The notes: generated by a model from the letters alone, not told the origin. 64,000 nt of DNA from Methyloradius sp. (GCA_035460505.1 DATHWP010000091.1:14554-78553), one strand, 5' to 3'; numbered from the stretch's first letter, positions 28,976 through 40,009 are shown. Program-made: numbers and translations.

Positions 28976-30919
28976 ATGAATTCATCCAATCTCGATCATA
29001 TTTTCTCTGAGCAAGGCCCGCTAGCGGAGACCATTCCTGGTTACCGCATTCGTCGCCAGCAGCTTGAAATGGCGCAGGCGATAGAAGCGGCCATCAAGGG
29101 CAATCAGCAATTGGTGGCCGAGGCGGGTACAGGCACAGGCAAAACTTTTGCCTACCTCATACCTGCCTTACTCTCTGGCGGCAAAGTGATTATTTCCACT
29201 GGCACAAAGACGCTGCAAGACCAGCTATTCAATCGAGATTTACCCGCCGTGCGCGATGCACTCAAGGTGCCAATTACTGTTGCCATGCTCAAGGGGCGCG
29301 CCAATTACGTCTGCCATTTTCACCTTGAACGCGCAATGAACGAAGGCCGTTTTATCTCGCGTGAAGATGCCAACTACGTGCACAAGATCAAGGCCTTTGC
29401 CGAAAACAGCGGAACGGGTGACAAAAGCGAGCTGACCGATGTGCCTGAGAACGCCACCATCTGGCCAGCCGTCACCTCAACGCGCGATAACTGCATGGGG
29501 CAAGATTGCGCCTACTACAAAGACTGCTTTGTGATGGACGCCCGTAAGCGAGCGCTTGCTGCCGATGTCATCGTGGTCAATCACCACCTGTTTTTTGCCG
29601 ATGTCATGCTGCGCGATGAAGGTGTGGCAGAATTGCTGCCCTCTGCCAATACCGTGATTTTCGATGAAGCGCATCAGCTACCGGAAGTCGCAGGCCTGTT
29701 CTTTGGTGATGATGTTTCAACGAGCCAATTAATGGAGCTGGCGCGCGATGCCCATGCTGAATTCATCACCACCGCCAAAGATTGCCTTGCGCTGCCTGAA
29801 GCTACTGCTGGGCTCGAGAAAGCCGTGCGTGATTTCAGGTTGATATTCACCTACGAAGGCTCGCGCATGCCAGTGCAAAAAGCCTTGGGCCTAACCAATT
29901 TTTTGCCGGCGTATGCGCTGATGCAAGAAAAACTTAAAACATTGAGTGATGTGCTTGAGAGTCAGGCAGAGCGCGATCCTGCCATCGAAAACTGCTGGCA
30001 GCGCGGTTTGGCGCTGCAACAGAAACTCAATACATGGAAAGCCGCAGACAACACTAACCTGGTGCGCTGGGTAGAAGTTTTTACGCAATCCGTGCAGCTA
30101 CATGCCACGCCACTCTCTGTGGCGGAAGGCTTTGGTAAACAGCTCAACGCACAACCCAGATCGTGGATATTTACCTCTGCTACGTTGGCTGTTAAAAGTG
30201 ATTTCAGTCATTACCTTAGCCAAATGGGCTTGGAGCAAGCCACCACAGGCTACTGGAATAGCCCGTTTGATTACGATCAACAGGCGCTGCTCTATGTGCC
30301 GCAAGGCATGCCTGAGCCCAGCAGCAGCATTTACACTGCATCTGTTGCTGCTGCTGCTCTACCCGTGATTCAAGCCAGTGGCGGCCGTGCGTTTGTCTTA
30401 TGTACCTCGTTGCGCGCCATGCGAGAAGTGCACAGCCTGCTCAAAGACGCCTTTGAAACCAATGGCCTTGAATACCCGCTACTCATGCAAGGCGATAGTT
30501 CACGCACTGAATTGCTGGAACGTTTCCGCAAACTGGGCAATGCCGTACTGGTGGGTTCACAAAGCTTTTGGGAGGGCGTGGATGTGCGCGGCGAAGCTCT
30601 GTCTGCTGTCATCATTGATAAACTACCATTCGCACCACCAGATGACCCAGTACTTGCTGCCCGCATTGATAAAATGAACAGCGAAGGCAAAAATGCGTTC
30701 ATGGAATACCAGTTACCTTATGCCGTGATCACCCTAAAACAAGGCGCTGGCCGACTGATTCGCGACGAAGCCGACCGCGGCGTACTCATGATTTGCGATC
30801 CACGACTCATCAGCAAGCATTACGGTAAGCGCATCTGGCAAAGTCTGCCGCCATTCAAGCGCACCCGGGAATTAGCGGATGTTGAGGCTTTTTTTGAGCA
30901 GAACGTTCTGGTCGAGTAG
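28976..30919 (+). CDS. yoaA: ATP-dependent DNA helicase, DinG/YoaA family (Fe-S)
   Basis: EAGTGTGKT, KGRANYVC, Cys cluster, FDEAH, TSATL, FWEGVDV, QGAGRLIR; ATG 28976 preferred over track start 28829. Confidence 0.88.
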   Translation: MNSSNLDHIFSEQGPLAETIPGYRIRRQQLEMAQAIEAAIKGNQQLVAEAGTGTGKTFAYLIPALLSGGKVIISTGTKTLQDQLFNRDLPAVRDALKVPITVAMLKGRANYVCHFHLERAMNEGRFISREDANYVHKIKAFAENSGTGDKSELTDVPENATIWPAVTSTRDNCMGQDCAYYKDCFVMDARKRALAADVIVVNHHLFFADVMLRDEGVAELLPSANTVIFDEAHQLPEVAGLFFGDDVSTSQLMELARDAHAEFITTAKDCLALPEATAGLEKAVRDFRLIFTYEGSRMPVQKALGLTNFLPAYALMQEKLKTLSDVLESQAERDPAIENCWQRGLALQQKLNTWKAADNTNLVRWVEVFTQSVQLHATPLSVAEGFGKQLNAQPRSWIFTSATLAVKSDFSHYLSQMGLEQATTGYWNSPFDYDQQALLYVPQGMPEPSSSIYTASVAAAALPVIQASGGRAFVLCTSLRAMREVHSLLKDAFETNGLEYPLLMQGDSSRTELLERFRKLGNAVLVGSQSFWEGVDVRGEALSAVIIDKLPFAPPDDPVLAARIDKMNSEGKNAFMEYQLPYAVITLKQGAGRLIRDEADRGVLMICDPRLISKHYGKRIWQSLPPFKRTRELADVEAFFEQNVLVE

Positions 30920-30961
30920 TATTCAAACAATGGTAACGAACTGAATAATTGAAGGAGAAAT

Positions 30962-31861
30962 TTGATGGCAACGATAGGGTTTATAGGCCTGGGTGCAATG
31001 GGCGAGGGCATGGCGAGCAATCTGCTTGCGGCTGGCTATGCGGTGCAGGTGTATAACCGCAGCGCCGAAAAAATCGCGCCTTTATTGAACAAAGGCGCTA
31101 CCGCAGGCGCTACCCCAAAACTGGCAGCGACGGGCGCAGATTTTGTGATCACCATGCTTTCAAATGATGCAGTGCTGGAAAGCGTGACATTGGGCGATGA
31201 TGGCCTGCTTGCTGGCATGAAAGAAGGCGCGATTCATTTATCAATGAGTACCGTTTCACCAGATATTTCGCGTAGATTGAGTGAAATTCACACACAACAT
31301 AAAACCCATTATGTGACGTCCCCTGTCTTTGGTCGCCCAGAAATGGCCGCTACGAAAAAGCTGTGGATTTGTACTTCGGGTAATCCTTCGGCCGTTGCAA
31401 AAGCCAAACCTGTACAAGAGGCGATGAGTCAGGGCATATTTGAATTCGGAGAGGATGCTGGTGCGGCCAATATCGTGAAGCTCAGTGGCAACTTCATGAT
31501 TGCCTCCTGTATGGAGGTATTAGGCGAAGTTGCTACGCTGGCTGAGAAAAATGGCATATCGCCAGAAGCGGTTTTGGGTATGCTGAGCTCCACTATTTTT
31601 GCCTGCCCTATGTACCAACGTTACAGCGATATTGTGCTGAAGCAGGATTTTGAACCTGGTTTCAAGATGGAACTGGCATTCAAAGATATGAATTTGGCAC
31701 AAACCGTAGCGCTTAAAAGTGCCACACCTATGCCATTCCTCAGCATTGTGCAGCAGCGCATGTTGAGTGGCATTGCTGAAGGCCGGGCACAAAACGATTG
31801 GTCAGCGCTTTCACTTTCGGCAAGGCGCGATGCTGGTTTGCCGCTTTCACGATTTGCTTAA
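30962..31861 (+). CDS. NAD(P)-dependent beta-hydroxyacid dehydrogenase family protein
   Basis: FIGLGAMG, MSTVSP, SPVFG, VKLSGN, KD. Confidence 0.88.
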   Translation: MMATIGFIGLGAMGEGMASNLLAAGYAVQVYNRSAEKIAPLLNKGATAGATPKLAATGADFVITMLSNDAVLESVTLGDDGLLAGMKEGAIHLSMSTVSPDISRRLSEIHTQHKTHYVTSPVFGRPEMAATKKLWICTSGNPSAVAKAKPVQEAMSQGIFEFGEDAGAANIVKLSGNFMIASCMEVLGEVATLAEKNGISPEAVLGMLSSTIFACPMYQRYSDIVLKQDFEPGFKMELAFKDMNLAQTVALKSATPMPFLSIVQQRMLSGIAEGRAQNDWSALSLSARRDAGLPLSRFA

Positions 31862-31867
31862 TCAAGC

Positions 31868-32557
31868 ATGAAAATACTGGCACTCGATACCTCCACTGAA
31901 TACCTGTCGCTTGCGTTATCGCTAGATGACAAAGTATTTATGCGTGAATTGCTCGCGGGGCAAAGCCATTCGCAACGCATATTGCCGCTGCTGCGTGAGT
32001 TGCTGGATGAAGCGGGTGTTGAGTTAACTGATTTAGATGGCATCGCTTTTGGAGCAGGGCCAGGCTCATTTACGGGCTTGCGCATAGGCTGTGGCGTTGC
32101 GCAGGGCTTGGCTTTTGGCGCGAATTTGCCTGTGGTTGGCGTCAGTACATTGTTGGCGCTTGCCCAAGCCAGTGGGGCTGACCATGTGATTGCCTGCCTC
32201 GATGCACGTATGGGCGAGGTTTATCATGCCGTGTATGTGAGAGAGAGTGATGGCTGGCAAACCTTGAATGAGCCTGGTCTATACAAACCAGAGGCCGTGC
32301 CTGATGTAGAAGGGGCTGGCTGGCTGGGCGTCGGCAGCGGTTGGGCAGTCTATCAGCCAGCATTGACGCAGTGTTACGCCTACCAGTTCAGCGATATTTC
32401 TGGTGATGTGTTCCCACATGCCAAAGCCATCGCCGAGCTTGCAATTCCCATGTTCGCTGCAGGGCTAGGTTTGCCAGCGGCAGAAGCTGCCCCTGTGTAT
32501 ATCCGCAATAAAGTCGCGCTGAAAACAGCTGAACGACTCGCTGCTAAAAGTCAGTAA
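31868..32557 (+). CDS. tsaB: tRNA threonylcarbamoyladenosine biosynthesis protein TsaB
   Basis: LALDTST, HS, GPGSFTGLRIG, DARMGEVY, PVYIR. Confidence 0.95.
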   Translation: MKILALDTSTEYLSLALSLDDKVFMRELLAGQSHSQRILPLLRELLDEAGVELTDLDGIAFGAGPGSFTGLRIGCGVAQGLAFGANLPVVGVSTLLALAQASGADHVIACLDARMGEVYHAVYVRESDGWQTLNEPGLYKPEAVPDVEGAGWLGVGSGWAVYQPALTQCYAYQFSDISGDVFPHAKAIAELAIPMFAAGLGLPAAEAAPVYIRNKVALKTAERLAAKSQ

Positions 32558-32558
32558 A

Positions 32559-33032
32559 ATGGCAGTCATGACCAAATCGGATATTTTAGCTAATCTGGCA
32601 TTTCGCCCCATGCAGTTGGCGGATGTGGATGCCGTCATGGTGATCGAGCCGACGATTTTCCCGTATCCATGGTCACGCGGCAATTTCACTGATTCGCTGA
32701 ATTCTGGCTATAGCTGTTGGGTGACTGAACATGATGGACAAATCATGGGCTATGCCGTGTTGATGATGGTGCTGGATGAAGCACATATACTCAATATCAG
32801 TATCGCCAAGCCTCATCAGGGGCGTGGATTCGGACGGGATTTAATCATGCATATGATAGACATCGCGCGCCAGCGTAATGCGCTCAATATGTTCCTCGAA
32901 GTGCGGCCATCAAACCAGTCGGCCATTGGTTTGTATGAAAGCATAGGTTTTAACGAAATGGCGATACGCCGTAACTATTATCCTGCCGCAAATGGTCGTG
33001 AAGATGCAGTGCTGATGGGCTTGGCGTTATGA
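32559..33032 (+). CDS. rimI: Ribosomal protein S18 alanine N-acetyltransferase
   Basis: PWS, EAHILNI, QGRGFG, LEVRPSN, RRNYY, EDAVLM; follows tsaB. Confidence 0.93.
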   Translation: MAVMTKSDILANLAFRPMQLADVDAVMVIEPTIFPYPWSRGNFTDSLNSGYSCWVTEHDGQIMGYAVLMMVLDEAHILNISIAKPHQGRGFGRDLIMHMIDIARQRNALNMFLEVRPSNQSAIGLYESIGFNEMAIRRNYYPAANGREDAVLMGLAL

Positions 33033-33877
33033 GTTTGACGCGTGATGATATGTTGCGGGAGCTTGAGCTACTACCTGCTTGGCAGTTGCGTCAACCCGTG
33101 GCTAAGCCTGTTGTAGCAATATCGCCTGAAGTTATAGAACTGCCAACAATGGCTGAACCAGAAGTTAAAGCTGCTACTGCGCAGTTTGAGGAATTACCAG
33201 CTACAGAGCTAATCGAAGCCGAGGCTATTGCAGAAGTAGTAGAAACCAGTCTGCCTGCTTTGGACGTCACGCTGGGCCAAGGCCGTCGCGAAGCTATCAT
33301 GCAGCTTGACTGGCAAGGCGTGCAAGATTGTGTGGCCAATTGTCAGGCGTGTGATCTGGCCAAGACACGTACGCAAACCGTCTTTGGCGTAGGTGACCCG
33401 AATGCAGAATGGTTGATTGTGGGCGAAGCACCAGGGTCAGAAGAAGACCGCAAGGGCGAACCTTTTGTCGGTCAGGCAGGCAAGTTGCTCGATAACATGC
33501 TGGCAGCTATCAAACTTAAACGCGGACAGAATGTATTTATCGCAAATGTGCTGAAATGTCGCCCGCCAGAAAACCGTAATCCACATGCGGATGAAGTTGC
33601 AATGTGCGATCCATTTTTAAAACGCCAAGTCGAACTGATCAAGCCCAAGCTGATTATCGCACTGGGCAAGTTTGCTGCGCAGTCACTGCTGGGTTCGGAA
33701 GATACGATCTCATCCATGCGTGGCAAGCTGCATGATTTTCATGGCGTGCCTGTTGTGGTGACGTATCACCCTGCCTATTTATTGCGTAGCTTGCCTGAGA
33801 AGGCCAAAGCGTGGGAAGACCTTTGCTTTGCCAATAAAACCATGGCTGGCTTGGTGGCGTCCGCTGACCCATCTTAA
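33029..33877 (+). CDS. Family-4 uracil-DNA glycosylase (Fe-S)
   Basis: Cxx[29 protein letters not shown]. Confidence 0.92.
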   Translation: MSLTRDDMLRELELLPAWQLRQPVAKPVVAISPEVIELPTMAEPEVKAATAQFEELPATELIEAEAIAEVVETSLPALDVTLGQGRREAIMQLDWQGVQDCVANCQACDLAKTRTQTVFGVGDPNAEWLIVGEAPGSEEDRKGEPFVGQAGKLLDNMLAAIKLKRGQNVFIANVLKCRPPENRNPHADEVAMCDPFLKRQVELIKPKLIIALGKFAAQSLLGSEDTISSMRGKLHDFHGVPVVVTYHPAYLLRSLPEKAKAWEDLCFANKTMAGLVASADPS

Positions 33878-33962
33878 GCCTTTGGGCCATAACGGCTGAC
33901 TTAGTCCGTTTTTCTCTATAAAATCCAACCCTTAACTTTTCTGACAGATTAAAAGAGCACTC

Positions 33963-35669
33963 ATGCGCGCATCCCGATTTTTTCTCAATACACAAAAAGA
34001 AGCACCACAAGAAGCTGAACTGATCAGCCATAGACTGATGCTGCGTGCAGGCTTGATCAAGCGCTTGGGTTCAGGTTTATACACTTGGATGCCGCTAGGT
34101 TTGCGTGTGTTGCGCAAAGTTGAAGCGATAGTGCGTGAGGAAATGAATAATGCTGGTGCGCTTGAGCTCTTGATGCCTGCCGTGCAGCCAAAAGAGCTAT
34201 GGGAAGAGACTGGTCGCTGGGCCGTATTCGGCCCACAAATGCTCAAGATCAAAGATAGACACGATAGGGATTTTTGCTTTGGGCCTACGCATGAAGAAGT
34301 GATTACCGATCTGGCGCGCCGTGAGATCAAAAGCTACAAGCAGCTACCGCTGAATTTTTACCAGGTACAGACCAAGTTCCGCGACGAGATACGCCCACGT
34401 TTCGGCGTGATGCGCGCGCGCGAGTTTTTGATGAAAGATGCTTACTCATTCCACACCGACTTAACCTCTCTCGAACAAACCTATGAAACCATGTATCAGG
34501 CCTATAGCAATGTATTTACGCGCTTAGGCTTGAAATTCCGCGCTGTGCGTGCCGATACAGGCGCGATTGGTGGCGATGGTTCGCATGAGTTTCATGTGCT
34601 GGCAGACTCAGGTGAGGATGCGCTCGCGTATTGCCCAACATCAGATTACGCAGCCAATGTGGAATTAGCTGAAGGCTTGCCAACTGTTAGCGTGCGTCCA
34701 GCAGCTACTGAAGCCATGCATGAAGTTGAAACCCCTAAGCAAACCACTTGTGAGCAAGTGGCAGCTTTGTTGGGCATTGATGTCACCCGCACAGTGAAAT
34801 CAATCGCGCTGGTGGCTAATGGTAAATTCTATTTATTGCTGCTGCGTGGCGATCACAGTCTGAATGAGATCAAGGTTGGCAAGATTGATGGTCTGCAAGA
34901 TTTCAGGTTTGCTTCTGAAGAAGAAATCCGCACTCACCTGAATTGCCCACCAGGCTTTATCGGCCCAGTAGCTGTTTCGCAAAATGTCATTATCGTTGCC
35001 GATAAAACTGTGGCGGTAATGAGTGATTTTGTTTGCGGTGCAAACAAGCCTAAATACCATTTGGCGGGCGTTAATTTTGGCCGCGATCTGCCAGAAGCTT
35101 TGGTTGTGGCTGATATTCGTAATGTAGTCACAGGCGACCCTAGCCCAGATGGCAAGGGTACGCTGGAGCTTTGCCGTGGTATTGAAGTCGGTCATATATT
35201 CCAGCTGCGTACTAAATACGCACAAGCGATGGAGGCGACCTACCTTGATGAAAATGGCCAGAAGCAGATCATGGAAATGGGTTGTTATGGCATTGGCGTC
35301 TCCCGTATTGTCGGCGCTGCAATTGAGCAAGGTAACGATGAGCGTGGCATTATCTTCCCTGCCAGTATGGCGCCATTCCAAGTGGCGATTGCACCTATTG
35401 GCTTTGATAAGAGCGAGGAAGTAAAAGCCGAAGCTCTTCATCTCTACAAGCAACTGCAGGAGCTGGGCGTGGATGTGTTGCTGGATGACCGAGGTGAACG
35501 CCCAGGTGTCATGTTTGCAGAGATGGAGTTGATGGGCATTCCGCATCGAGTGGTGATTGGTGAGCGTGGCCTGAAAGAAAGTACTGTGGAATATCAGGGG
35601 CGGACTGATGCATCTGCACAAACTGTTGGCCTCAAAGATATTGTCAGCAAGCTCCAATCTGTTTTGTGA
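33963..35669 (+). CDS. proS: Proline--tRNA ligase
   Basis: [38 protein letters not shown]; INS editing domain (GANK). Confidence 0.98.
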   Translation: MRASRFFLNTQKEAPQEAELISHRLMLRAGLIKRLGSGLYTWMPLGLRVLRKVEAIVREEMNNAGALELLMPAVQPKELWEETGRWAVFGPQMLKIKDRHDRDFCFGPTHEEVITDLARREIKSYKQLPLNFYQVQTKFRDEIRPRFGVMRAREFLMKDAYSFHTDLTSLEQTYETMYQAYSNVFTRLGLKFRAVRADTGAIGGDGSHEFHVLADSGEDALAYCPTSDYAANVELAEGLPTVSVRPAATEAMHEVETPKQTTCEQVAALLGIDVTRTVKSIALVANGKFYLLLLRGDHSLNEIKVGKIDGLQDFRFASEEEIRTHLNCPPGFIGPVAVSQNVIIVADKTVAVMSDFVCGANKPKYHLAGVNFGRDLPEALVVADIRNVVTGDPSPDGKGTLELCRGIEVGHIFQLRTKYAQAMEATYLDENGQKQIMEMGCYGIGVSRIVGAAIEQGNDERGIIFPASMAPFQVAIAPIGFDKSEEVKAEALHLYKQLQELGVDVLLDDRGERPGVMFAEMELMGIPHRVVIGERGLKESTVEYQGRTDASAQTVGLKDIVSKLQSVL

Positions 35670-36274
35670 TGCACAAACGGCTTAGCTTCTATCTGGTTCT
35701 AGTTGCTGTATTGTTTAGCACAGCCGCTATTGCTGGTGGGCAAAAAGAAGAACCCTTGTCCAACAGCGTAAAAGCGCTGATGCAAAAATCAATCAGTGAC
35801 CAAGCCACGCCCAAGACCATATTTGCCAGTGAAGTAGAAGGGCAGATATGGTTGAAAGAGATGTCCAATCGTCTCAAAGCGCGCATGCCAGACCAGGATA
35901 TGCGCGAAGATTTTTTGCGTACGGTCTATTATGAAGCCACGCGCGCAGGTCTGGATCCACAGCTTGTCTTAGGTCTGATTCAGGTGGAAAGCGGCTTCAA
36001 GAAATATGCAGTATCTTCAGTCGGCGCGCGTGGCTATATGCAGGTGATGCCGTTCTGGGTGAATAGCATCGGCGCGCCTGACCATAACCTGTTTCATTTA
36101 AAGCTCAACCTGCGTTATGGATGCACCATTTTGCGGCACTATATTGATATGGAAAATGGTGATCTGTATCGCGCCTTAGGCCGCTACAACGGCAGCCTTG
36201 GGCAGCCTGAATACCCGACGATGGTGGTCGGGGCCTGGAAGAAAAACTGGAGTTACGGCTCCCTGACGTTCTAA
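35666..36274 (+). CDS. Lytic transglycosylase (SLT domain)
   Basis: [20 protein letters not shown]. Confidence 0.9.
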   Translation: MMHKRLSFYLVLVAVLFSTAAIAGGQKEEPLSNSVKALMQKSISDQATPKTIFASEVEGQIWLKEMSNRLKARMPDQDMREDFLRTVYYEATRAGLDPQLVLGLIQVESGFKKYAVSSVGARGYMQVMPFWVNSIGAPDHNLFHLKLNLRYGCTILRHYIDMENGDLYRALGRYNGSLGQPEYPTMVVGAWKKNWSYGSLTF

Positions 36275-36289
36275 TCCGCTTTTCCGCTT

Positions 36290-36337
36290 TGCACTTTGGT
36301 GGTGCATGGCTATTCCATTCTGCACCATTCCATACTA
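36290..36337 (+). promoter_or_regulatory. Tandem NtrC-type boxes upstream of the DUF1097-like gene
   Basis: TGCAC-TTTGGTG-GTGCA (36290-36306) is a perfect TGCAC-N7-GTGCA; half-site TGCACCA at 36321, 31 bp later. Confidence 0.7.
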
Positions 36338-36395
36338 GTATCTCCCTGTAGCCTGATTCAAGTTGGGTATTCTAATAATCTTTACCATCTTGGTC

Positions 36396-36410
36396 TGGTT
36401 ATAGTTGTGC
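36396..36410 (+). promoter_or_regulatory. Possible sigma54 promoter
   Basis: TGGTTATAGTTGTGC = GG-N10-GC about 90 bp downstream of the NtrC box; weak match otherwise. Confidence 0.45.
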
Positions 36411-36446
36411 CATAAAACTTCAAAAAACTTGAATGAGGAGCTATGT

Positions 36447-36968
36447 ATGTCAAAATTATCCGCACTATCTCTCAGTATTGCTTTGCTTGGTGGAGTCTGG
36501 GCCTATCTTGCGCTTGGGCCGCTCTCTGGTTTTGTATTGGTATGGGCTGGTTTTATCGCTTGGGGATGTTACTTTCATACAGGCGCTGATAATGCTGCTT
36601 TACAAAAAACCATTGCGGGTACTATCTATGGTGCCGTGCTTGCCTGGGTAGCATTACTGTTGGTTGTGCATAATCCAACTGGATTGCCAGCACCATTGTG
36701 GCCAGCTATCGTTGTTGCCGTGACCGTATTCTTCCTGGTCATTATGGCAGGCTGCAATCTGTTATCCGTGGTTCCAGCCAATGTATATGGCTATGCAGCG
36801 ACTGTTGCATATTCACTGCAAACGCCGACAGCCGATGGTGTAGGTCCATTAGCTAGTTTGACCTTAGTGAATTTTGCTAACCCACTCATCCTGCTTTCTG
36901 TTTCATTCGTGGTAGGAGCGATATTTGGTTTGGCGTCAGGTAAGCTTTCGGGCGTGCTGGCAAAATAA
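36447..36968 (+). CDS. DUF1097-like multi-pass membrane protein
   Basis: Very hydrophobic; WAGFIAWGCYF and PANVYGYA; GAGGAG Shine-Dalgarno before ATG 36447. Confidence 0.75.
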   Translation: MSKLSALSLSIALLGGVWAYLALGPLSGFVLVWAGFIAWGCYFHTGADNAALQKTIAGTIYGAVLAWVALLLVVHNPTGLPAPLWPAIVVAVTVFFLVIMAGCNLLSVVPANVYGYAATVAYSLQTPTADGVGPLASLTLVNFANPLILLSVSFVVGAIFGLASGKLSGVLAK

Positions 36969-36981
36969 GCTAGGCTGAATA

Positions 36982-37013
36982 AATAAAAAACCGCCAGAAG
37001 GCGGTTTTTTATT
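36982..37013. terminator. Bidirectional intrinsic terminator
   Basis: AATAAAAAACCGCC-AGAA-GGCGGTTTTTTATT. Confidence 0.9.
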
Positions 37014-37031
37014 GGTGCTAATTACTTGGAG

Positions 37032-37916
37032 TTATTTGACCTGATCAGAAAACTTAAAGCCGTAGTAAGTACCAAATTCGCCCAAGGTTTCGTAATACAC
37101 AAACATCAATCCATTAGCATAGCCCAAACCATTGTAGTGGTTCTTGGCACGCAATTTGAGGTCTGTCGGTAATGCACTCTTGCTGACAAACTGTCCATTT
37201 TTATCAAATACCAGAATGGCCTTATGGTCGATATCAAGCACTGCAAGTTCTTCTCCAGCAAGCCCTGTATAGGCAACATAATGGTCGCTGATGTCATCAG
37301 GTTTAGCGCCTGCAGCACTTAAATCAAGTTTCAGTTCACCGACTTTTTCTCGGCTTTTTAAATCCACTATTCGTACGACATTGCCGCGTTCCTGTTTGGC
37401 GTAGTACAGCTTGTCTGTGGCATCGTAAGTCGGCATGGTGGCAGCATCGCCAAAGGCGGGGTTATAGGCAAACACGTCTTTAGAGCTACCAAGCAGGTTG
37501 CCTTTGTCATCGAGATCCAAGCTAAAAATGCCTGTGTTAGGTGCAAAACCCGCGTCGCTTGAGATGTTGTAAGTGATGGTTTCCAGTTGTTTTGAGTTTG
37601 GGTTGAAATATAGTGAACGGTTGTTATAGCCGGGGCTGGAAGTCTGCAGATGCACACCATCCGCACTATACACATGGACTTGTGATTTGGAGTTGGTGTC
37701 GTCCTCCCCCGGCACTGGGCCGAGGCCGCCATCTGCAACGTAATAGCGATTGTATTGTGCGATATAGGCAACCGTCATTGGTCTGGAGGTAGGCTCGCTC
37801 ACCAGTGGCATTTTGATAACCAATAAGGCTTCTGCCAATACTTGAGCATTGGCGAGTGGTATGTGCAATAGCCATACCGACATAGTCGCACTGGCAATGA
37901 TATTGGTGAATCGCAT
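37032..37916 (-). CDS. Hypothetical secreted protein, probably beta-propeller
   Basis: Signal peptide (ANA|Q); repeated beta-strand patterns (YYVADG, VHVYSADG, ILVFDKNG). Confidence 0.6.
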   Translation of the reverse strand: MRFTNIIASATMSVWLLHIPLANAQVLAEALLVIKMPLVSEPTSRPMTVAYIAQYNRYYVADGGLGPVPGEDDTNSKSQVHVYSADGVHLQTSSPGYNNRSLYFNPNSKQLETITYNISSDAGFAPNTGIFSLDLDDKGNLLGSSKDVFAYNPAFGDAATMPTYDATDKLYYAKQERGNVVRIVDLKSREKVGELKLDLSAAGAKPDDISDHYVAYTGLAGEELAVLDIDHKAILVFDKNGQFVSKSALPTDLKLRAKNHYNGLGYANGLMFVYYETLGEFGTYYGFKFSDQVK

Positions 37917-37993
37917 GGCTTAAGCCTCTTTAGTTGTTATGTGGTTGAGTGGTGCTGTATTCGTGCTGTTTTGTACAACAGAGTTCCCACGCA

Positions 37994-39025
37994 TTATTCA
38001 TCTAATCTGTTCAGCAACATGGCATCACCATAGCTGAAGAAGCGGTATTTCTCTGAAATTGCATGGGCGTAAGCTTGCTTGATATTGTTAAAGCCAGCAA
38101 AAGCCGAAACTAGCATAAGCAACGTGCTTTTTGGTAAATGGAAGTTGGTAAGCAATTGCTCTACTACTTTAAATTTGTAACCTGGCGTGATGAAAATATC
38201 AGTTTCGCCCAACCCTGCTACAAGTTCACCTGAGCGTGCGGCGCTCTCAAGTGCGCGCATGGCCGTGGTACCGATGGCTGTTACCTTGCGGCCTGCGGCC
38301 TGCGTTTGCTTAATCAGTTTTACAGTTTCTTGAGGAACTGAGTACAACTCGCTATGCATTTTATGCTCGGCAATATTTTCTACTCGTACAGGCTGAAAAG
38401 TGCCAGCCCCTACGTGCAGGGTGACGTAGGCGAATTGAATGCCTTGAGATTTTAATTGTTGCAACATCGCATCATCGAAATGCAAACCTGCAGTCGGTGC
38501 AGCAACGGCGCCCAGATGTTTTGCGTAAACTGTTTGGTATCGCTCTTCATCGGTATTGTCGGCATCATGGCTGATATAAGGTGGCAAGGGCAGGGCGCCG
38601 TACTGCTCCAGCAAATCTAGCAAAGGTGTTTCAGCCAAGAACTTCAGCAGGAACAAATCATCCTGGCGCTCAATGACTTCTACTTCGATTTTCTCTGCTA
38701 GTAACAATCTGCTGCCAGACTTGGGCGAACGAGAAGCGCGAACATGGGCTAGGGCGTGATGTTGGTCAATGACACGTTCTATCATGGCTTCAACCGCGCC
38801 ACCAGATTGTTTATGGCCATGCAATCGTGCCTTAATCACGCGCGTATCGTTGAAAACCAATAAATCGCCAGCCTGCAAAAAGGTTGGCAGGTCTCGAAAT
38901 AGCTGGTCATGAATGTTGCCATTAGACGAATCTAGCCTCAACAAGCGGCTACCGCTGCGTTCTTGCGTGGGAAATTGTGCAATTAATGCATCAGGTAAAT
39001 CAAAATCAAAATCAGTGGTTCGCAT
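37994..39025 (-). CDS. queA: S-adenosylmethionine:tRNA ribosyltransferase-isomerase
   Basis: [62 protein letters not shown]. Confidence 0.98.
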   Translation of the reverse strand: MRTTDFDFDLPDALIAQFPTQERSGSRLLRLDSSNGNIHDQLFRDLPTFLQAGDLLVFNDTRVIKARLHGHKQSGGAVEAMIERVIDQHHALAHVRASRSPKSGSRLLLAEKIEVEVIERQDDLFLLKFLAETPLLDLLEQYGALPLPPYISHDADNTDEERYQTVYAKHLGAVAAPTAGLHFDDAMLQQLKSQGIQFAYVTLHVGAGTFQPVRVENIAEHKMHSELYSVPQETVKLIKQTQAAGRKVTAIGTTAMRALESAARSGELVAGLGETDIFITPGYKFKVVEQLLTNFHLPKSTLLMLVSAFAGFNNIKQAYAHAISEKYRFFSYGDAMLLNRLDE

Positions 39026-39038
39026 AAATGCCAGTGTT

Positions 39039-39047
39039 TGTTATAAT
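39039..39047 (+). promoter_or_regulatory. Extended -10 sigma70 promoter element of the tRNA
   Basis: TGTTATAAT ending 12 nt before the tRNA. Confidence 0.7.
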
Positions 39048-39059
39048 CTCGCCTCTGCA

Positions 39060-39146
39060 GCCGGGGTGGCGGAATTGGTAGACGCACTGGACTCAAAATC
39101 CAGCGAGGGCAACTTCATGGGGGTTCGATTCCCCCCCCCGGCACCA
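39060..39146 (+). tRNA. tRNA-Leu(CAA)
   Basis: Acceptor stem GCCGGGG/CCCCGGC, anticodon arm CTGGA-CTCAAAA-TCCAG, long variable arm, T arm GGGGG-TTCGATT-CCCCC, encoded CCA. Confidence 0.96.
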
Positions 39147-39374
39147 GATTGCTTTATTTCAATTATCCAGATGTAACATCTGGTTCTACTTTCAGTTCTA
39201 ATTCTCTTTAAATTTGCATAGCTTCAAAATTATATCGAAGCACATTTTATCCAGAGCTGGATTATAAATTCTTCTAGGGAATTAAGCTCCAACATCTGAG
39301 TTTTATTCATTTATTTTGATTAGAACATAGGTATATTGATACGCTAAATCTTGTAAAGACTGATTGTTGAAGTC

Positions 39375-39737
39375 ATGGATAATCTTACACCTCATACAGA
39401 TGGCGTTATCTGGCCCGCCATCATTCATTATCACGGGCAAGCTGAGCTAGGTTTTGTGTTGGATCAGCAGTCTTGGTCAAATGCTCAATATATACAAACC
39501 GCCCGATACCATATCTATGATGAATTGATCGACTCAATTGGGAGAACATATAGATTAGTTAATCAGGTAAATGCACCCGTAAGTATTGAGCCGATAGGCA
39601 AAATTACATCATTGCAGGATGTGATTGAGATGATTAGGATGCATGCCTCTGTGTCAGGCACATGTTGTGTAGCAAAATTCTCTGCAACATCCATTCAAGA
39701 AGCCATTGGCAGTTTAGCTATACAGGGTGATAGTTAA
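39375..39737 (+). CDS. DUF4144-like protein
   Basis: WPAII...EL, LIDSIG, H.....CCVAK pattern. Confidence 0.6.
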   Translation: MDNLTPHTDGVIWPAIIHYHGQAELGFVLDQQSWSNAQYIQTARYHIYDELIDSIGRTYRLVNQVNAPVSIEPIGKITSLQDVIEMIRMHASVSGTCCVAKFSATSIQEAIGSLAIQGDS

Positions 39738-39740
39738 ATA

Positions 39741-39983
39741 ATGGATTGGTGTTTATATTTACTCGAGTGCAAAAACGGTAGCTATTACAGCGGAATTACC
39801 AATAATCTTGAAGCACGCTATGCAGCGCATTTGGCAGGTAAGGGCGCCAAATATACGCGTGCAAACCCGCCAGTGAGAGTGCTTGCGAGCAAGGCTTATC
39901 CTGATCGTTCCAGAGCATCTGTAGCAGAAGCAATTCTTAAAAAGCTGCCAAGAACAGAAAAATTGGGATTTTTTACTGAGTAG
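39741..39983 (+). CDS. Small GIY-YIG nuclease family protein (UPF0213/YhbQ-like)
   Basis: [28 protein letters not shown]. Confidence 0.88.
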   Translation: MDWCLYLLECKNGSYYSGITNNLEARYAAHLAGKGAKYTRANPPVRVLASKAYPDRSRASVAEAILKKLPRTEKLGFFTE

Positions 39984-40009
39984 TTTTACTTAGCATGGAT
40001 TGGTTAATG

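Noticed and set aside
34833-35657. 274-aa antisense ORF over proS, and many similar overlapping ORFs in the track
   Set aside because: Shadow frames of well-supported genes, with no recognisable motifs.
37706-37715. CCCCCGGCAC matches the tRNA-Leu 3' end (possible att site)
   Set aside because: Only 10 bp, inside a coding region upstream of the tRNA, and no integrase is present.
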